Shown here: positions 10,195 to 19,537 of the stretch, piece by piece
Layout of the letters: every line of letters starts with the position of its first letter
How positions within the stretch are numbered: the stretch's first letter is position 1
Assembly (NCBI GenBank): GCA_049700435.1
Contig: JBNAVK010000001.1
Span: forward strand, 1,583 to 65,582
Reading direction: 5' to 3'
From: Candidatus Bathyarchaeales archaeon
Lineage (GTDB): Archaea; Thermoproteota; Bathyarchaeia; Bathyarchaeales; Bathycorpusculaceae
Length of the DNA stretch: 64,000 bases
Notes under the pieces: generated by a model
The model's input: the letters and a program-made list of their open reading frames with translations, nothing else
Told to the model about the DNA's origin: nothing
The model's database searches: none
Made by a program: the position numbers and the translations under genes

Positions 10195-11115
10195 ATGAAA
10201 ACTAAATGGTTATTCCCCATTGTTCTAGTTCTCATCTTTATAAGTCTGTCTATTTCATGTGCAAAAGCTGAAGCTTCTTCAAATCAGCCCGCAATTGTTA
10301 AGATTGGAGTTTGGCTTATAAACGTGGAGAAAGTGGATTTAGCTGCAAACAGCTATAGGCTTGACTTTTACTTGTGGTTCAAATTTAATTCATCGGAGAT
10401 AAGTACAGAGAAAGTGAAGGAGTTCGAGTTTATTAATGGCGCCCCCACGAAAGATAAAATAAACGAAACAGAGGGATATCTGGAATACCGAATTAGGGGA
10501 GACTTCATAAAAACCTTTGACTTCACACGATACCCATTTGAAACACATGAACTCACTGTAGTTTTGGAACATAAAAATCTGGATATTTCCCAGCTATCCT
10601 TTGAAGAAGATCCAACGTCAGATATCGACCCAATGGTCAATGTTGCTGGATGGGAAGTCGGCGACTTCGAAACATTTGTAACCGAACACGCCTACGGGGA
10701 GGATGTGTACTCCCAATTTGTTTTCGGTGTCACCTTAAGAAGACCTTTCCTTTCAGCTTTTATTAAAAGTGTTCTGCCAATAATGGTTATAACTGCGATA
10801 TCTTTGCTCAATTTCTTTATTTCACCCCAGAACTTTTCTCAAAGAATAGGTCTTGGCGTGACAACTCTTATGTCTGCAACAGCTTTTCACTTGTCGCTTC
10901 TCAGCGGCATTCCGCCAACAGGATATTTGACGCTGGCTGACAGGATTATGTTATGTGTTTACGCAATTTTCCTTTACAACTTGTCCGTATCAGTCTACAT
11001 AATGAAACTTGTGGATGCAAAGAAAATGGAGGAAGCCGCGAAATTCAACAGAAAGGCTTTAACAACCTTGCCAGCGCTAATTGTGGCTTTAATCGTGATC
11101 CAGTTAGTAATATAA
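10195..11115 (+). CDS. Pentameric ligand-gated ion channel (prokaryotic Cys-loop-receptor family, GLIC/ELIC-like)
   Basis: Signal peptide, then a ~190-aa beta-rich ectodomain (VKIGVWLINVEKVDLAANSYRLDFYLWFKF; YPFETHELTVVLE). M1 is LRRPFLSAFIKSVLPIMVI, M2 is RIGLGVTTLMSATAF and the M3 region is IPPTGYLTLADRIMLCVYAIF. A short M3-M4 loop is followed by M4. Confidence 0.8.
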   Translation: MKTKWLFPIVLVLIFISLSISCAKAEASSNQPAIVKIGVWLINVEKVDLAANSYRLDFYLWFKFNSSEISTEKVKEFEFINGAPTKDKINETEGYLEYRIRGDFIKTFDFTRYPFETHELTVVLEHKNLDISQLSFEEDPTSDIDPMVNVAGWEVGDFETFVTEHAYGEDVYSQFVFGVTLRRPFLSAFIKSVLPIMVITAISLLNFFISPQNFSQRIGLGVTTLMSATAFHLSLLSGIPPTGYLTLADRIMLCVYAIFLYNLSVSVYIMKLVDAKKMEEAAKFNRKALTTLPALIVALIVIQLVI

Positions 11116-11180
11116 CAATAAATGCTGAAAACAACAGCACAAATTCTGTGCAGCAATTTTGAAGTTATGATTGGAATACG

Positions 11181-11957
11181 TCAGCGGGCTAGGGAGTCTC
11201 CGTACTGCGATATGTCTGACTCTTGGAGAACCTCCCTCCTCTTGACTATTTCACTGAAATCGACAAAATCTCCGCCAACCATCTTAAGCTTAGTCTCTAT
11301 TTCGCTCTTCTTGACATTTATGACATTGTAGGAGTTACAGAAAAAGCCCCTCAACTTCTCGCATGAAACACTTCCAGCGTGAACAACAAGCATATCTTCT
11401 ATTCTCCATCGCCAAGGTCTATGGCGATGCCCACAAAGAACAAGATTCACCTTGGATTTTACTAGGCTTCTTAAAACATCGCCAGCATCCACAATCGTTA
11501 TCTGGTCTGCTCCCGTGTCTGGAACAGGGATTATGTGGTGATGTATAGCCACAATCTTAGCTTTGTCCTTATGCTTCTCAAGGGTTTTTTCAAGCCATAA
11601 ATTTTGTCTGTGACCGACCTCTCCGTCGTCTCGGTCTGGTCTGGCGGAGCTGAGAACAACTATTACTGCTTCTTCTGTTTCTGTAACTTGAGAGAATGGG
11701 AAAAACTCCTTGAAAAGCAAGTAGCCCGTCGAACGATAATCATGGTTTCCGCTTACTAAAATTATTTTTTCACCCTTTAGCTTCCTCAGTTCTTCCGAAG
11801 CCATTTTAAATTCTGATATCAAACCGTTCTCCGTTAAGTCGCCTGTAACAAGCACCACATCGGGGCGCATTCCATTAATCTCTTTTATGGCTGCCCTTAA
11901 CATTTCTTTACGGAACATTGGACCGCAATGCACATCTGAAATTTGAGCTATTAACAT
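11181..11957 (-). CDS. Calcineurin-like metallophosphoesterase
   Basis: Motifs ISDVHCG, TGDLTENG, GNHD, IHHH and CGHRH in canonical order. Confidence 0.85.
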   Translation of the reverse strand: MLIAQISDVHCGPMFRKEMLRAAIKEINGMRPDVVLVTGDLTENGLISEFKMASEELRKLKGEKIILVSGNHDYRSTGYLLFKEFFPFSQVTETEEAVIVVLSSARPDRDDGEVGHRQNLWLEKTLEKHKDKAKIVAIHHHIIPVPDTGADQITIVDAGDVLRSLVKSKVNLVLCGHRHRPWRWRIEDMLVVHAGSVSCEKLRGFFCNSYNVINVKKSEIETKLKMVGGDFVDFSEIVKRREVLQESDISQYGDSLAR

Positions 11958-11972
11958 TAGATCACGAAAGGC

Positions 11973-12641
11973 TTATTCTCTGCTTGCCAGTACCACAATG
12001 TAGTCGGCGGTATCCGCACACATGTCCGCAGCTTGCTCTACAAACTCAATTAAGTCGTCAAAAATAACCATTGCACCCGAATTTATTTGATCACCATACT
12101 TAACGAACAGAGCCTTTGTTTTCAAATACTTCGCGTCAAGCTCATGTTCTATTTCCTCAACTTTCTCCGCTCTCTTTATCGCCTCTGCGGGATCTGCTGA
12201 AATTTTTTCTATGCTTCCGCGTAAGACTTGGGCGCATTCCACAAGTTGGGATGTTATGTCCACAGTGTTCTCGATAAGTTCTTTTGGAATTTTATAGTCT
12301 GCCAGCATTTCTATGCATCTTGCAGCGTCCTTCACGTGATCCGCAAGAGTGTCAAGCCGCTTAACTAGATGCAGTATGTCTTCTCGGTAATCGGCAAGCA
12401 AGGCTGCACCTTTAGACAATTCTTTAAAAACTTCCTTTCTCAGTTTGTCGACTTCTTCCTCAACTTTGAAAAGATTGTTGATATGTTGAGATGCCTCCTT
12501 TCCTTTTTCTTCTGAAATGTTTTTCATCGCTTGATAAAGCAAAGTCACCGTGTCAAGAGCTTTTGTTATCTGTTCATAGGCCAAGTCTAAAGCTTTTGTT
12601 CTTCGACGTTTTTCAAACCACATGTAGCTCCTTTTTTCCAA
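11973..12641 (-). CDS. DUF47 / PhoU-like family protein (TIGR00153-like)
   Basis: 222-aa all-helical protein. Repeated helical-bundle pattern with E..D..AD motifs typical of DUF47/PhoU-like phosphate-related regulators. Confidence 0.65.
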   Translation of the reverse strand: MEKRSYMWFEKRRRTKALDLAYEQITKALDTVTLLYQAMKNISEEKGKEASQHINNLFKVEEEVDKLRKEVFKELSKGAALLADYREDILHLVKRLDTLADHVKDAARCIEMLADYKIPKELIENTVDITSQLVECAQVLRGSIEKISADPAEAIKRAEKVEEIEHELDAKYLKTKALFVKYGDQINSGAMVIFDDLIEFVEQAADMCADTADYIVVLASRE

Positions 12642-12704
12642 ATGTTTGCACGTTCCCTTCTTATTATTTTTAACACGCTAAACATATAACATTTCTTAAA
12701 TATC

Positions 12705-13154
12705 TTATTTTTCAGTTACCCAGTAAGCCGCTTTCTCGCCCTTACTAGTGATAATCTCCTCCTTCTTGAAAATCGGTGCCTCTTTTTTGTATCTTTCCAC
12801 AGCCTCCTCTAACGTTGGGAAAATGTTTTTGCGGTGTTCTCCAGCAACTAAAACATACACGAGATCTTCGCCAATGCTAAATTCGCCGAGAAAATGGTGA
12901 ATTTGAACATCCACGATCCCGGGTTTTCTTTTTAAATCGTCGCAGATTTTCGTCAATACTTCGTTTGCTTTTTCTTCATAAGCCTCCAATGTCAGTTTCT
13001 GAACCCTTTCACCCTTCAATGTTTCTCCGCGCACCACGCCCACGAAAATTGTTATCGCCCCGACCTTTCTAAAATCGCTCCTAGCCTTAATTTCGTTCAG
13101 CGCGTTCATCAGAGAAAATTTTCCCTTTTCATGAACACCAGCATACGTTGCCAT
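12705..13154 (-). CDS. moaE: Molybdopterin synthase catalytic subunit MoaE-like
   Basis: 149 aa with GAITIFVGVVRGE, LEAYEE, VAGEHRKNIF and APIFKKEE...WV, matching the MoaE pattern. Confidence 0.7.
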   Translation of the reverse strand: MATYAGVHEKGKFSLMNALNEIKARSDFRKVGAITIFVGVVRGETLKGERVQKLTLEAYEEKANEVLTKICDDLKRKPGIVDVQIHHFLGEFSIGEDLVYVLVAGEHRKNIFPTLEEAVERYKKEAPIFKKEEIITSKGEKAAYWVTEK

Positions 13155-13184
13155 TCAATCACCTTGGCGGTCAACAATTGAGTA

Positions 13185-14240
13185 TCAAAGCTTCTGGTTG
13201 AAATGTTTTCTCACATCTCCCAAAGTGGCTGATGGAACTGGCAGATCCTTCATTGTCACTAGACCAGGCGATGCACTGATTACTTTTGGAATCATGTTTG
13301 TGATTACGGCGACTGTGCCGATGTCGCCATGGATGCATGGCTGAATTTTCTGTTCAATGCTTGGAATACCCTTAATGGTTACTGCATCGTATTCTTCTTT
13401 TGCGCCTATGTACGCTTGAAAATCGAGAACTATAACCTCTTTATCTTTAACTACGCCTTTTGCCCTCTGCCTCAATCCAGCAACGTGCCCAGCATCAACC
13501 TTCACTTCTCCACTCTCTAGCGGCTTTTCTGCGATTACCGGCAAGACTGGTTCAGCAACTATGGCGTCTAGAGCCCAGCCTACAGCATTAGCTATCATTG
13601 CAATTGACTGCACCAAACCAACATGTCCAGTAATCTCTTTTCTTTCGATTTTCTTCTGGAATTCTTCTATTCTTAAGCCGACACCCATCTTTTTCTGAAA
13701 CGGCAAGCGCCTTGCGGCAGCATTCATAATTCTTGCAACTTGGATTTTTTCTATTTTTTGGCATGCTGCAGTAAGCAATATCACGAGCGTATCCATGACA
13801 AAACCAGGGTTTATTCCCGTGCCCAGCACTGTTACGCCATGTTTTTTTGCAAGAGCGTCGATTTTCTTGGCGATGGTTGGTGAGGTAAAATATGGATATG
13901 CGAGTTCTTCACAAGTGGATATCACGTTTAGATCATGCTTTATCAACGAAGTTATTTGCGGATACGTGTCTTTCAAGAATGAGGAGGTCGCGTGAACCGC
14001 TATATCCGCGTCTTTTGCCGAAACTGCCCTTTCCAGTTTTTCAGAAATGCTAATTCCAAGTGTTTTATTTATGCCTAGAACTACGCCTAAATCTTTGCCA
14101 ACTTTGTCTTTAGCCGAGTCTACAGCGCCAACAATTTCTATCCACTCTTTTTCTAGCAGAAACTTTGCGATCAAACTGCCGACAGCGCCAACTCCATATA
14201 GCACAACCCTCGCTTTTCTCATTTTCAATTCTCCTCCCAA
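13185..14240 (-). CDS. NAD(P)-dependent dehydrogenase, DapB-N-like / 2,4-diaminopentanoate (amine) dehydrogenase family
   Basis: 351 aa with Rossmann VVLYGVGAVGSLIAKFLL and the GTGINPGF motif typical of this family. Confidence 0.6.
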   Translation of the reverse strand: MGGELKMRKARVVLYGVGAVGSLIAKFLLEKEWIEIVGAVDSAKDKVGKDLGVVLGINKTLGISISEKLERAVSAKDADIAVHATSSFLKDTYPQITSLIKHDLNVISTCEELAYPYFTSPTIAKKIDALAKKHGVTVLGTGINPGFVMDTLVILLTAACQKIEKIQVARIMNAAARRLPFQKKMGVGLRIEEFQKKIERKEITGHVGLVQSIAMIANAVGWALDAIVAEPVLPVIAEKPLESGEVKVDAGHVAGLRQRAKGVVKDKEVIVLDFQAYIGAKEEYDAVTIKGIPSIEQKIQPCIHGDIGTVAVITNMIPKVISASPGLVTMKDLPVPSATLGDVRKHFNQKL

Positions 14241-14361
14241 ACTGTTTTACCGCTATTAACCTATAAAGCATACTTGAGCGCGTATGTGCAGCATGGAAAA
14301 AACTTTACATTTGTAAACTTTTATATGTCGGGCTCGCTCCCACTAGTATGAGGGTCTAAAC

Positions 14362-14637
14362 TTGGAGAAACTTTGTCAAACGCCGCTGGGTGCTGAAAAG
14401 GCAAAGCATCCAAAGGCTGAGATTCACATAATAAAGGATCATTGTAAGGGATGCGGCTTCTGCATTTACTATTGCCCAAAGAAGGTGCTGGAAGAGTCAG
14501 ATGAAATAAACGCCATGGGCGTTCATCCTCCCCGCGTTGTCGACGAAGACAAATGCATCCTATGCAGTTTATGCACAGCAATCTGCCCAGACTTCGCCAT
14601 ATTTGTTGTAAAAAAGCAATGCGAGGATGAATGTTAA
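14362..14637 (+). CDS. korD: 2-oxoacid:ferredoxin oxidoreductase delta subunit (2x[4Fe-4S] ferredoxin)
   Basis: Two CxxCxxCxxxCP motifs (CKGCGFCIYYCP, CILCSLCTAICP). TTG start. Overlaps the alpha subunit start. Confidence 0.8.
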   Translation: MEKLCQTPLGAEKAKHPKAEIHIIKDHCKGCGFCIYYCPKKVLEESDEINAMGVHPPRVVDEDKCILCSLCTAICPDFAIFVVKKQCEDEC

Positions 14638-15794
14638 ACATGACCAAAAAATTAAAGACGCTTGCAGGCTTGCATTTCATGAGCGGTGATGTTGCGTGCG
14701 CCGAAGGTGCGATAGCCGCGGGCTGCAAGTTTTTTGCAGGTTATCCTATCACGCCTGCAACAGAAATTGCTGAACACATGGCTTTGAGAATGCCGGAAAT
14801 TGGCGGAATCTACATTCAAATGGAAGACGAAATTGCCTCGATGGCAGCGGTGATTGGGGCCTCATATGCTGGATTGAAGGCTATGACGGCGACTTCTGGA
14901 CCAGGGTTTAGTCTCATGCAAGAGAATATAGGGTTGGCTGCCATGACAGAAGCTCCATGCGTAATCGTGAACGTGATGCGCGGCGGTCCAAGCACTGGAC
15001 AACCCACAATGCCGGGGCAACAAGATGTTATGCAGGCAAAGTGGGGTTCTCATGGAGATTACGAGATTATAGCGTTAACTCCTTCCTATGTTCAAGAGAT
15101 GTTTGACCTCACAGTTGAGGCTTTTAACCTATCTGAAACTTATAGGGTTCCAACGATTTTGCTGGCGGATGAAGTTGTCGCTCACATGTGGGGGAAAGTT
15201 ACGATTCCACCGCCGGAAACAATAAGAGTAATTAACCGTAAAAAGCCGAATGTTCCTCTAGAAAAGTATTTGCCTTTTATGCCAGATGACGACCTGATTC
15301 CGCCAATGGCTTGTTTCGGCGAGGGTTTCCGATTTCACGCCACTGGCTTAACACATGACGAACATGGTTACCCGCAAACTCAAAGCTCTGAAGTTCAGAC
15401 AAAACTTGTTCGAAGACTGTGCGATAAAATACGGAAAAATGCGGACAAAATAATAAAGGTTGAAGAGGTTATGCTGGAAGATGCCGATGTAATCGTTATT
15501 GCTTATGGAATTGTTGCCAGAGCAGCATTAAGCGCAGTTAGAAGAGCTAGAGAAAACGGAATGAAAGCTGGGCTTTTACGCTTAATCACCTTGTGGCCGT
15601 TCCCAGAAAAACATATGGCAAAAATTGCAGAACAGGTAAAGGTGATAATCGTTCCTGAAATGAACTGTGGACAAATGGTTAGGGAAGTTGAAAGGGCAGC
15701 AAAAGGAACCAACGTTGTTTCCATTTCAAAGCTAGGAGAGGAACCTCACACCCCAATGGAAATCATCGAGGCAATAAGGAGGAACAGTCAATGA
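14631..15794 (+). CDS. korA: 2-oxoacid:ferredoxin oxidoreductase alpha subunit
   Basis: 387 aa with GDVACAEGAIAAGCKFFAGYPITPATEI and ATSGPGFSLM. Typical KorA/PorA. Confidence 0.9.
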   Translation: MLNMTKKLKTLAGLHFMSGDVACAEGAIAAGCKFFAGYPITPATEIAEHMALRMPEIGGIYIQMEDEIASMAAVIGASYAGLKAMTATSGPGFSLMQENIGLAAMTEAPCVIVNVMRGGPSTGQPTMPGQQDVMQAKWGSHGDYEIIALTPSYVQEMFDLTVEAFNLSETYRVPTILLADEVVAHMWGKVTIPPPETIRVINRKKPNVPLEKYLPFMPDDDLIPPMACFGEGFRFHATGLTHDEHGYPQTQSSEVQTKLVRRLCDKIRKNADKIIKVEEVMLEDADVIVIAYGIVARAALSAVRRARENGMKAGLLRLITLWPFPEKHMAKIAEQVKVIIVPEMNCGQMVREVERAAKGTNVVSISKLGEEPHTPMEIIEAIRRNSQ

Positions 15795-16627
15795 TAGAAG
15801 AAACTGCGCATCCTCTCTCGAAGTATTTAAGGGCTGCAATGATGCCTCACATATGGTGTTCTGGATGCGGAAATGGAATAATACTGAACTGTTTCGTTCA
15901 CGCCTTAGACGAGATGCAGATGAACCTCGACAAACTTGTCGTTGTGTCAGGCATAGGCTGCATTGGCCGCATAGCGGGCTATACAAACGTAGACTCCTTT
16001 CACACAACACATGGGCGCCCCATAGCCTTTGCAACAGGAGTGAAGTTAGCAAATCCAAAGTTGGAAGTGGTAGTCATAAGCGGTGACGGTGACCTCTTCG
16101 CAATAGGAGGCAACCACTTCATACACGCAGCCCGTAGGAACATAGGAATTAAAGTGATATGCGCAAACAACTTCAACTATGGAATGACTGGGGGGCAACA
16201 AGGTCCTACAACACCACTTGAAGCCTCAACAGCCACAACCCCCTACGGGAATATTGAGCATCCGTTTAACTTGGTTCATTTGGCAGCAGCATCCGGAGCC
16301 ACATACGTGGCGAGGTGGACAACACTGCACGCACGGCAGCTAACGCAATCAATTAAGAAGATGTTGCAAAAAGAGGGCTTCTGTTTTACTGAGGTGGTCT
16401 CCCCTTGCCCAGAAATCTTTGGTCGGCGCAACAGAATGCGCTCCGGCCTCGAAATGATGAAATGGTTTGGAAAAGCGTCGGTAGTGGAAAGCTTTTCTGA
16501 CCCAGCGAAAGCTGAAATATCTCTTGAGAAGATAGTTGTAGGTGAATTTGTAGACATAGAAAAAGTGACTTATGAAAGGCTGCTTCTGGACAAAATAGCC
16601 AAAATCAGTAGGGAAATGGCGGAGTGA
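15791..16627 (+). CDS. korB: 2-oxoacid:ferredoxin oxidoreductase beta subunit (TPP-binding)
   Basis: WCSGCGNG, SGIGC and GDGD...GGNH TPP motifs. ATGA overlap with the alpha subunit. Confidence 0.9.
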   Translation: MIEETAHPLSKYLRAAMMPHIWCSGCGNGIILNCFVHALDEMQMNLDKLVVVSGIGCIGRIAGYTNVDSFHTTHGRPIAFATGVKLANPKLEVVVISGDGDLFAIGGNHFIHAARRNIGIKVICANNFNYGMTGGQQGPTTPLEASTATTPYGNIEHPFNLVHLAAASGATYVARWTTLHARQLTQSIKKMLQKEGFCFTEVVSPCPEIFGRRNRMRSGLEMMKWFGKASVVESFSDPAKAEISLEKIVVGEFVDIEKVTYERLLLDKIAKISREMAE

Positions 16628-16634
16628 CAGTCCA

Positions 16635-17180
16635 ATGCGGCTTGAGATTAGGTTTGCTGGCTTCGGCGGACAAGGCATAATTAAATCTGGAATAATTGTT
16701 GCGGCTGCAGCTTGCCTTTACAGCGGGAAAAACGCTGTTCAAACACAAAGTTACGGTCCAGAATCAAGAGGCGGTGCATGCAAGTCGGAAGTCATTATAT
16801 CAGATGATGACATTGACTTTCCAAAGGTTGTTTCTCCAGACATTTTGGTAGCCATGTCGCAACACGCGTATAACGAATATGCTGGAAGTGTCAAAACTGG
16901 AGGGATAATAATTATCGATCCAGACATGGTGCCAAACGAGAAGGACTTAGAGAGCATCAAGGTCTTCAGAGTTCCAGCGACGAAAATTGCCGAGGAAATT
17001 GGAAAAAGAATTGTTGCAAACATTGTTATGTTGGGCGCGTTCGTTGCTGTCACGGGCATATTAGACAAAGAAGTCGTTAAAAGAGCTATTAGGACAAATG
17101 TGCCAAAGGGAACTGAGGAAATAAATATTGCCGCTTTTGAAAAAGGATACGAATACGGAAAAAGTCTCTCTAAAAATTAA
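16635..17180 (+). CDS. korG: 2-oxoacid:ferredoxin oxidoreductase gamma subunit
   Basis: 181 aa with FAGFGGQGI and SYGPESRGG motifs. Confidence 0.9.
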   Translation: MRLEIRFAGFGGQGIIKSGIIVAAAACLYSGKNAVQTQSYGPESRGGACKSEVIISDDDIDFPKVVSPDILVAMSQHAYNEYAGSVKTGGIIIIDPDMVPNEKDLESIKVFRVPATKIAEEIGKRIVANIVMLGAFVAVTGILDKEVVKRAIRTNVPKGTEEINIAAFEKGYEYGKSLSKN

Positions 17181-17833
17181 GACGCGGTTTCAGCCTTTTG
17201 CAACTGCAACTGCGCTAGCTGAGTTAAAAGTTTAGATTTTCTTACACCTACGTGGCGCAGGGGCGCTATCTTTTTCGCTTCGTTGTATATGTCTGAGGCG
17301 ATCTTTCCAAGAACCATCTCCTGCGCAAACTGGTCCAATGTGAGCGCTGAAGCTTTTTCTTTAATGATTTTCTCCATTAGGGCGCGTATGGCCTTCTCCT
17401 GTGAAGTTCTTATCCTTGAAAGTGTGAAGGCGCATACTGCCACTTGAAGTTTGTATCCATCTTTGGTTGTTATTTGGAAAAGTCCATCAACTTTTGTTGT
17501 TCTTCTTCTGACGAGGCTTCGCAAATAATCGCGTGAATATTCGTGTCCCTTAAAGATTGTTCTGGCGTTTTTGCCATCAACTTCTATTATCTGAAAATAC
17601 ATTTTCAAATATTGGTGAGCGAAGTCGTTTGTAATGTCGTAGAGTGTCGAGTCGATGACTCTTCCGATAAGTTTTTCTGGCTCGTCGGCTGGCACAGCGC
17701 CCAATTCCACATTTCCAAAGTAGGGTGGAGCCAGCACCATGTACCATGACTTGCCACGCCATTTATCTTTTATACGCCTTGTTTTTGAAGACAAGTTCAC
17801 CCTCCGAACATTGTAGCTGAAAAGCCATGTCAA
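17177..17833 (-). CDS. rps3ae: 30S ribosomal protein S3Ae (eS1)
   Basis: KDKWRGKSWYMVLAPPYFG and the rest of the protein are collinear with eS1. The true start may be downstream of the first ATG. Confidence 0.9.
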   Translation of the reverse strand: MTWLFSYNVRRVNLSSKTRRIKDKWRGKSWYMVLAPPYFGNVELGAVPADEPEKLIGRVIDSTLYDITNDFAHQYLKMYFQIIEVDGKNARTIFKGHEYSRDYLRSLVRRRTTKVDGLFQITTKDGYKLQVAVCAFTLSRIRTSQEKAIRALMEKIIKEKASALTLDQFAQEMVLGKIASDIYNEAKKIAPLRHVGVRKSKLLTQLAQLQLQKAETAS

Positions 17834-17836
17834 GTA

Positions 17837-19135
17837 TTAAAGGTTTTTACTTTTAGGGTTTATTTTATCAATGCCACTCATGTATTTTCTCAAGACTTCT
17901 GGGATAACGACCGAACCGTCTTCCTGCTGGTAGTTTTCCAGTATTGCCACAATGGTTCTGCCAGTGGCTAAAGCCGTCGAATTTAATGTGTGCACAAAAC
18001 CTTTTGGAGGTTCACCCTCCCTTTCCCTATACTTTATGTTTAATCTTCTAGCTTGGTAATCTGTACAGTTGCTGCAGGAAATTATTTCTCTATACATGTT
18101 TTGCGCTGGCATCCAAGCCTCCACATCATACTTTTTGGCGGCGACAACTCCGACATCGCCGGTGCAAACATTCACGACGCGATATGGGAGACCTAGTTTT
18201 TGAACAAGTTCCTCGGCGTTTTGTAAAAGTTCCTCATGCATCTTCCATGAATCCTCTGGTTTGCAGAAAATGAACTGTTCAATTTTGTTGAACTGATGCG
18301 TTCTGAAGATGCCGCGTGTATCTTTGCCATGCGCCCCTGCCTCCTTTCTGAAGCATGAGCTTACTCCAACAAGTTTGAGTGGTAAATCTTCTGCTTTTAA
18401 TACTTCATTCATGAACATTGCAGCCATTGGGTGTTCAGAAGTTGCAATTAAGTAGAGGTCTTCGTTTTCTATTTTGTACAAGACATCTTCGAAATCGCTT
18501 AAAGCTGTTACGCCCTCGTAGGGTTTTCGTCTCATCAAGAATGGAGGCTCTATTGGGGTGTATCCTTTTTTAACCATTTCTTCCAAGGCGAAGTTCATTA
18601 ACGCCATGTCCAATAAAACGCCTTCTTTCTTTAGATAGAAAAATCTGGCTCCCGCAATTTTCCCAGCTCTCTCAATGTCCATTATGTCCAAGCTTAGCGC
18701 TAAGTCTATATGGTCTTTGACAGGGAATGTGAATTTTGGTTTTTCACCCCAAGTTTTTAACGGAACATTGTTGCTTTCGTCTTTGCCAAATGGAACCGAT
18801 TCGTGGAGTAGGTTTGGCAACCGCATTAGGTGGTAGTTGACTTTTTCCTTGCACTCACTCATTTCTTTTTCAAGCGCTGTTATTTTCACGTCAATGTCTT
18901 TTGCTTTTGAAAGTTCTTGGCTTGCATCACTGCCCTCTTTTCTCAAAGTTGCAATCTTCGTTGTTAATAGTTTTCTTTCATGCCGTAACTCGTTTAGCTG
19001 AGTCAATAGTTGCCGCCATTTCCTGTCATAATCCATTAGCGCGTCAAGCATTCTTAGGTTTTCAGGGTCTCCCCTCTTCCTCAAATTGTTCCTTACGAAC
19101 TCTGGGTTTTCGCGGATGAGTTTAATGTCCAACAT
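17837..19135 (-). CDS. serS: Seryl-tRNA synthetase (bacterial-like type)
   Basis: N-terminal coiled coil MLDIKLIRENPE, and class II motifs (FRKEAG, TLNSTALATGR). Confidence 0.95.
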   Translation of the reverse strand: MLDIKLIRENPEFVRNNLRKRGDPENLRMLDALMDYDRKWRQLLTQLNELRHERKLLTTKIATLRKEGSDASQELSKAKDIDVKITALEKEMSECKEKVNYHLMRLPNLLHESVPFGKDESNNVPLKTWGEKPKFTFPVKDHIDLALSLDIMDIERAGKIAGARFFYLKKEGVLLDMALMNFALEEMVKKGYTPIEPPFLMRRKPYEGVTALSDFEDVLYKIENEDLYLIATSEHPMAAMFMNEVLKAEDLPLKLVGVSSCFRKEAGAHGKDTRGIFRTHQFNKIEQFIFCKPEDSWKMHEELLQNAEELVQKLGLPYRVVNVCTGDVGVVAAKKYDVEAWMPAQNMYREIISCSNCTDYQARRLNIKYREREGEPPKGFVHTLNSTALATGRTIVAILENYQQEDGSVVIPEVLRKYMSGIDKINPKSKNL

Positions 19136-19261
19136 GCTTTCTCACGTTGCTTTGCTTTAGGTAATCTCTAAACTTAACTTTAAAATAGTCTATTTAACCT
19201 TACGATAAATTTTACACGGCTGAGTTAAACCACAACTTCTATATCGAAATTTCCATAAAAC

Positions 19262-19537
19262 TCAAGTTCCTTCGCTTTCACCGCTTAAAATTCTTGTTGT
19301 TCGGAGAATTTTTTCCGCTGTTGAAACACAAAAAAGAAGGTCGTCGATTGTAGCGATAAAAGTTGCCATTTTTCCCTCGCATCTAATTTTAGTTAAAACC
19401 TTGTTCGCTTTTCTAGTTGTCTCAATAAACAATCCGCTTGGAGTTTTGAAGTTGTCAGGCGAAACTGCTTTGGCTATGGCTTCAGCGGTCTTGGCATCAC
19501 CATATTTTAATGTTATTTCAGCTTCCAATTTTTTCAC
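19262..19537 (-). CDS. pcc1: KEOPS subunit Pcc1-like
   Basis: 91 aa. The pattern AEITLKYGDAKTAEAIAKAVSPDN...LTKIRCEG...ATIDDLL resembles the archaeal Pcc1/CTAG fold. Overlaps the RecJ-like gene by 20 nt. Confidence 0.6.
   Translation of the reverse strand: MKKLEAEITLKYGDAKTAEAIAKAVSPDNFKTPSGLFIETTRKANKVLTKIRCEGKMATFIATIDDLLFCVSTAEKILRTTRILSGESEGT

Noticed and set aside
14321-14728. 135-aa minus-strand ORF
   Set aside because: It overlaps the korD/korA genes in antisense. The kor genes have clear ferredoxin and alpha-subunit motifs, and this ORF has none.
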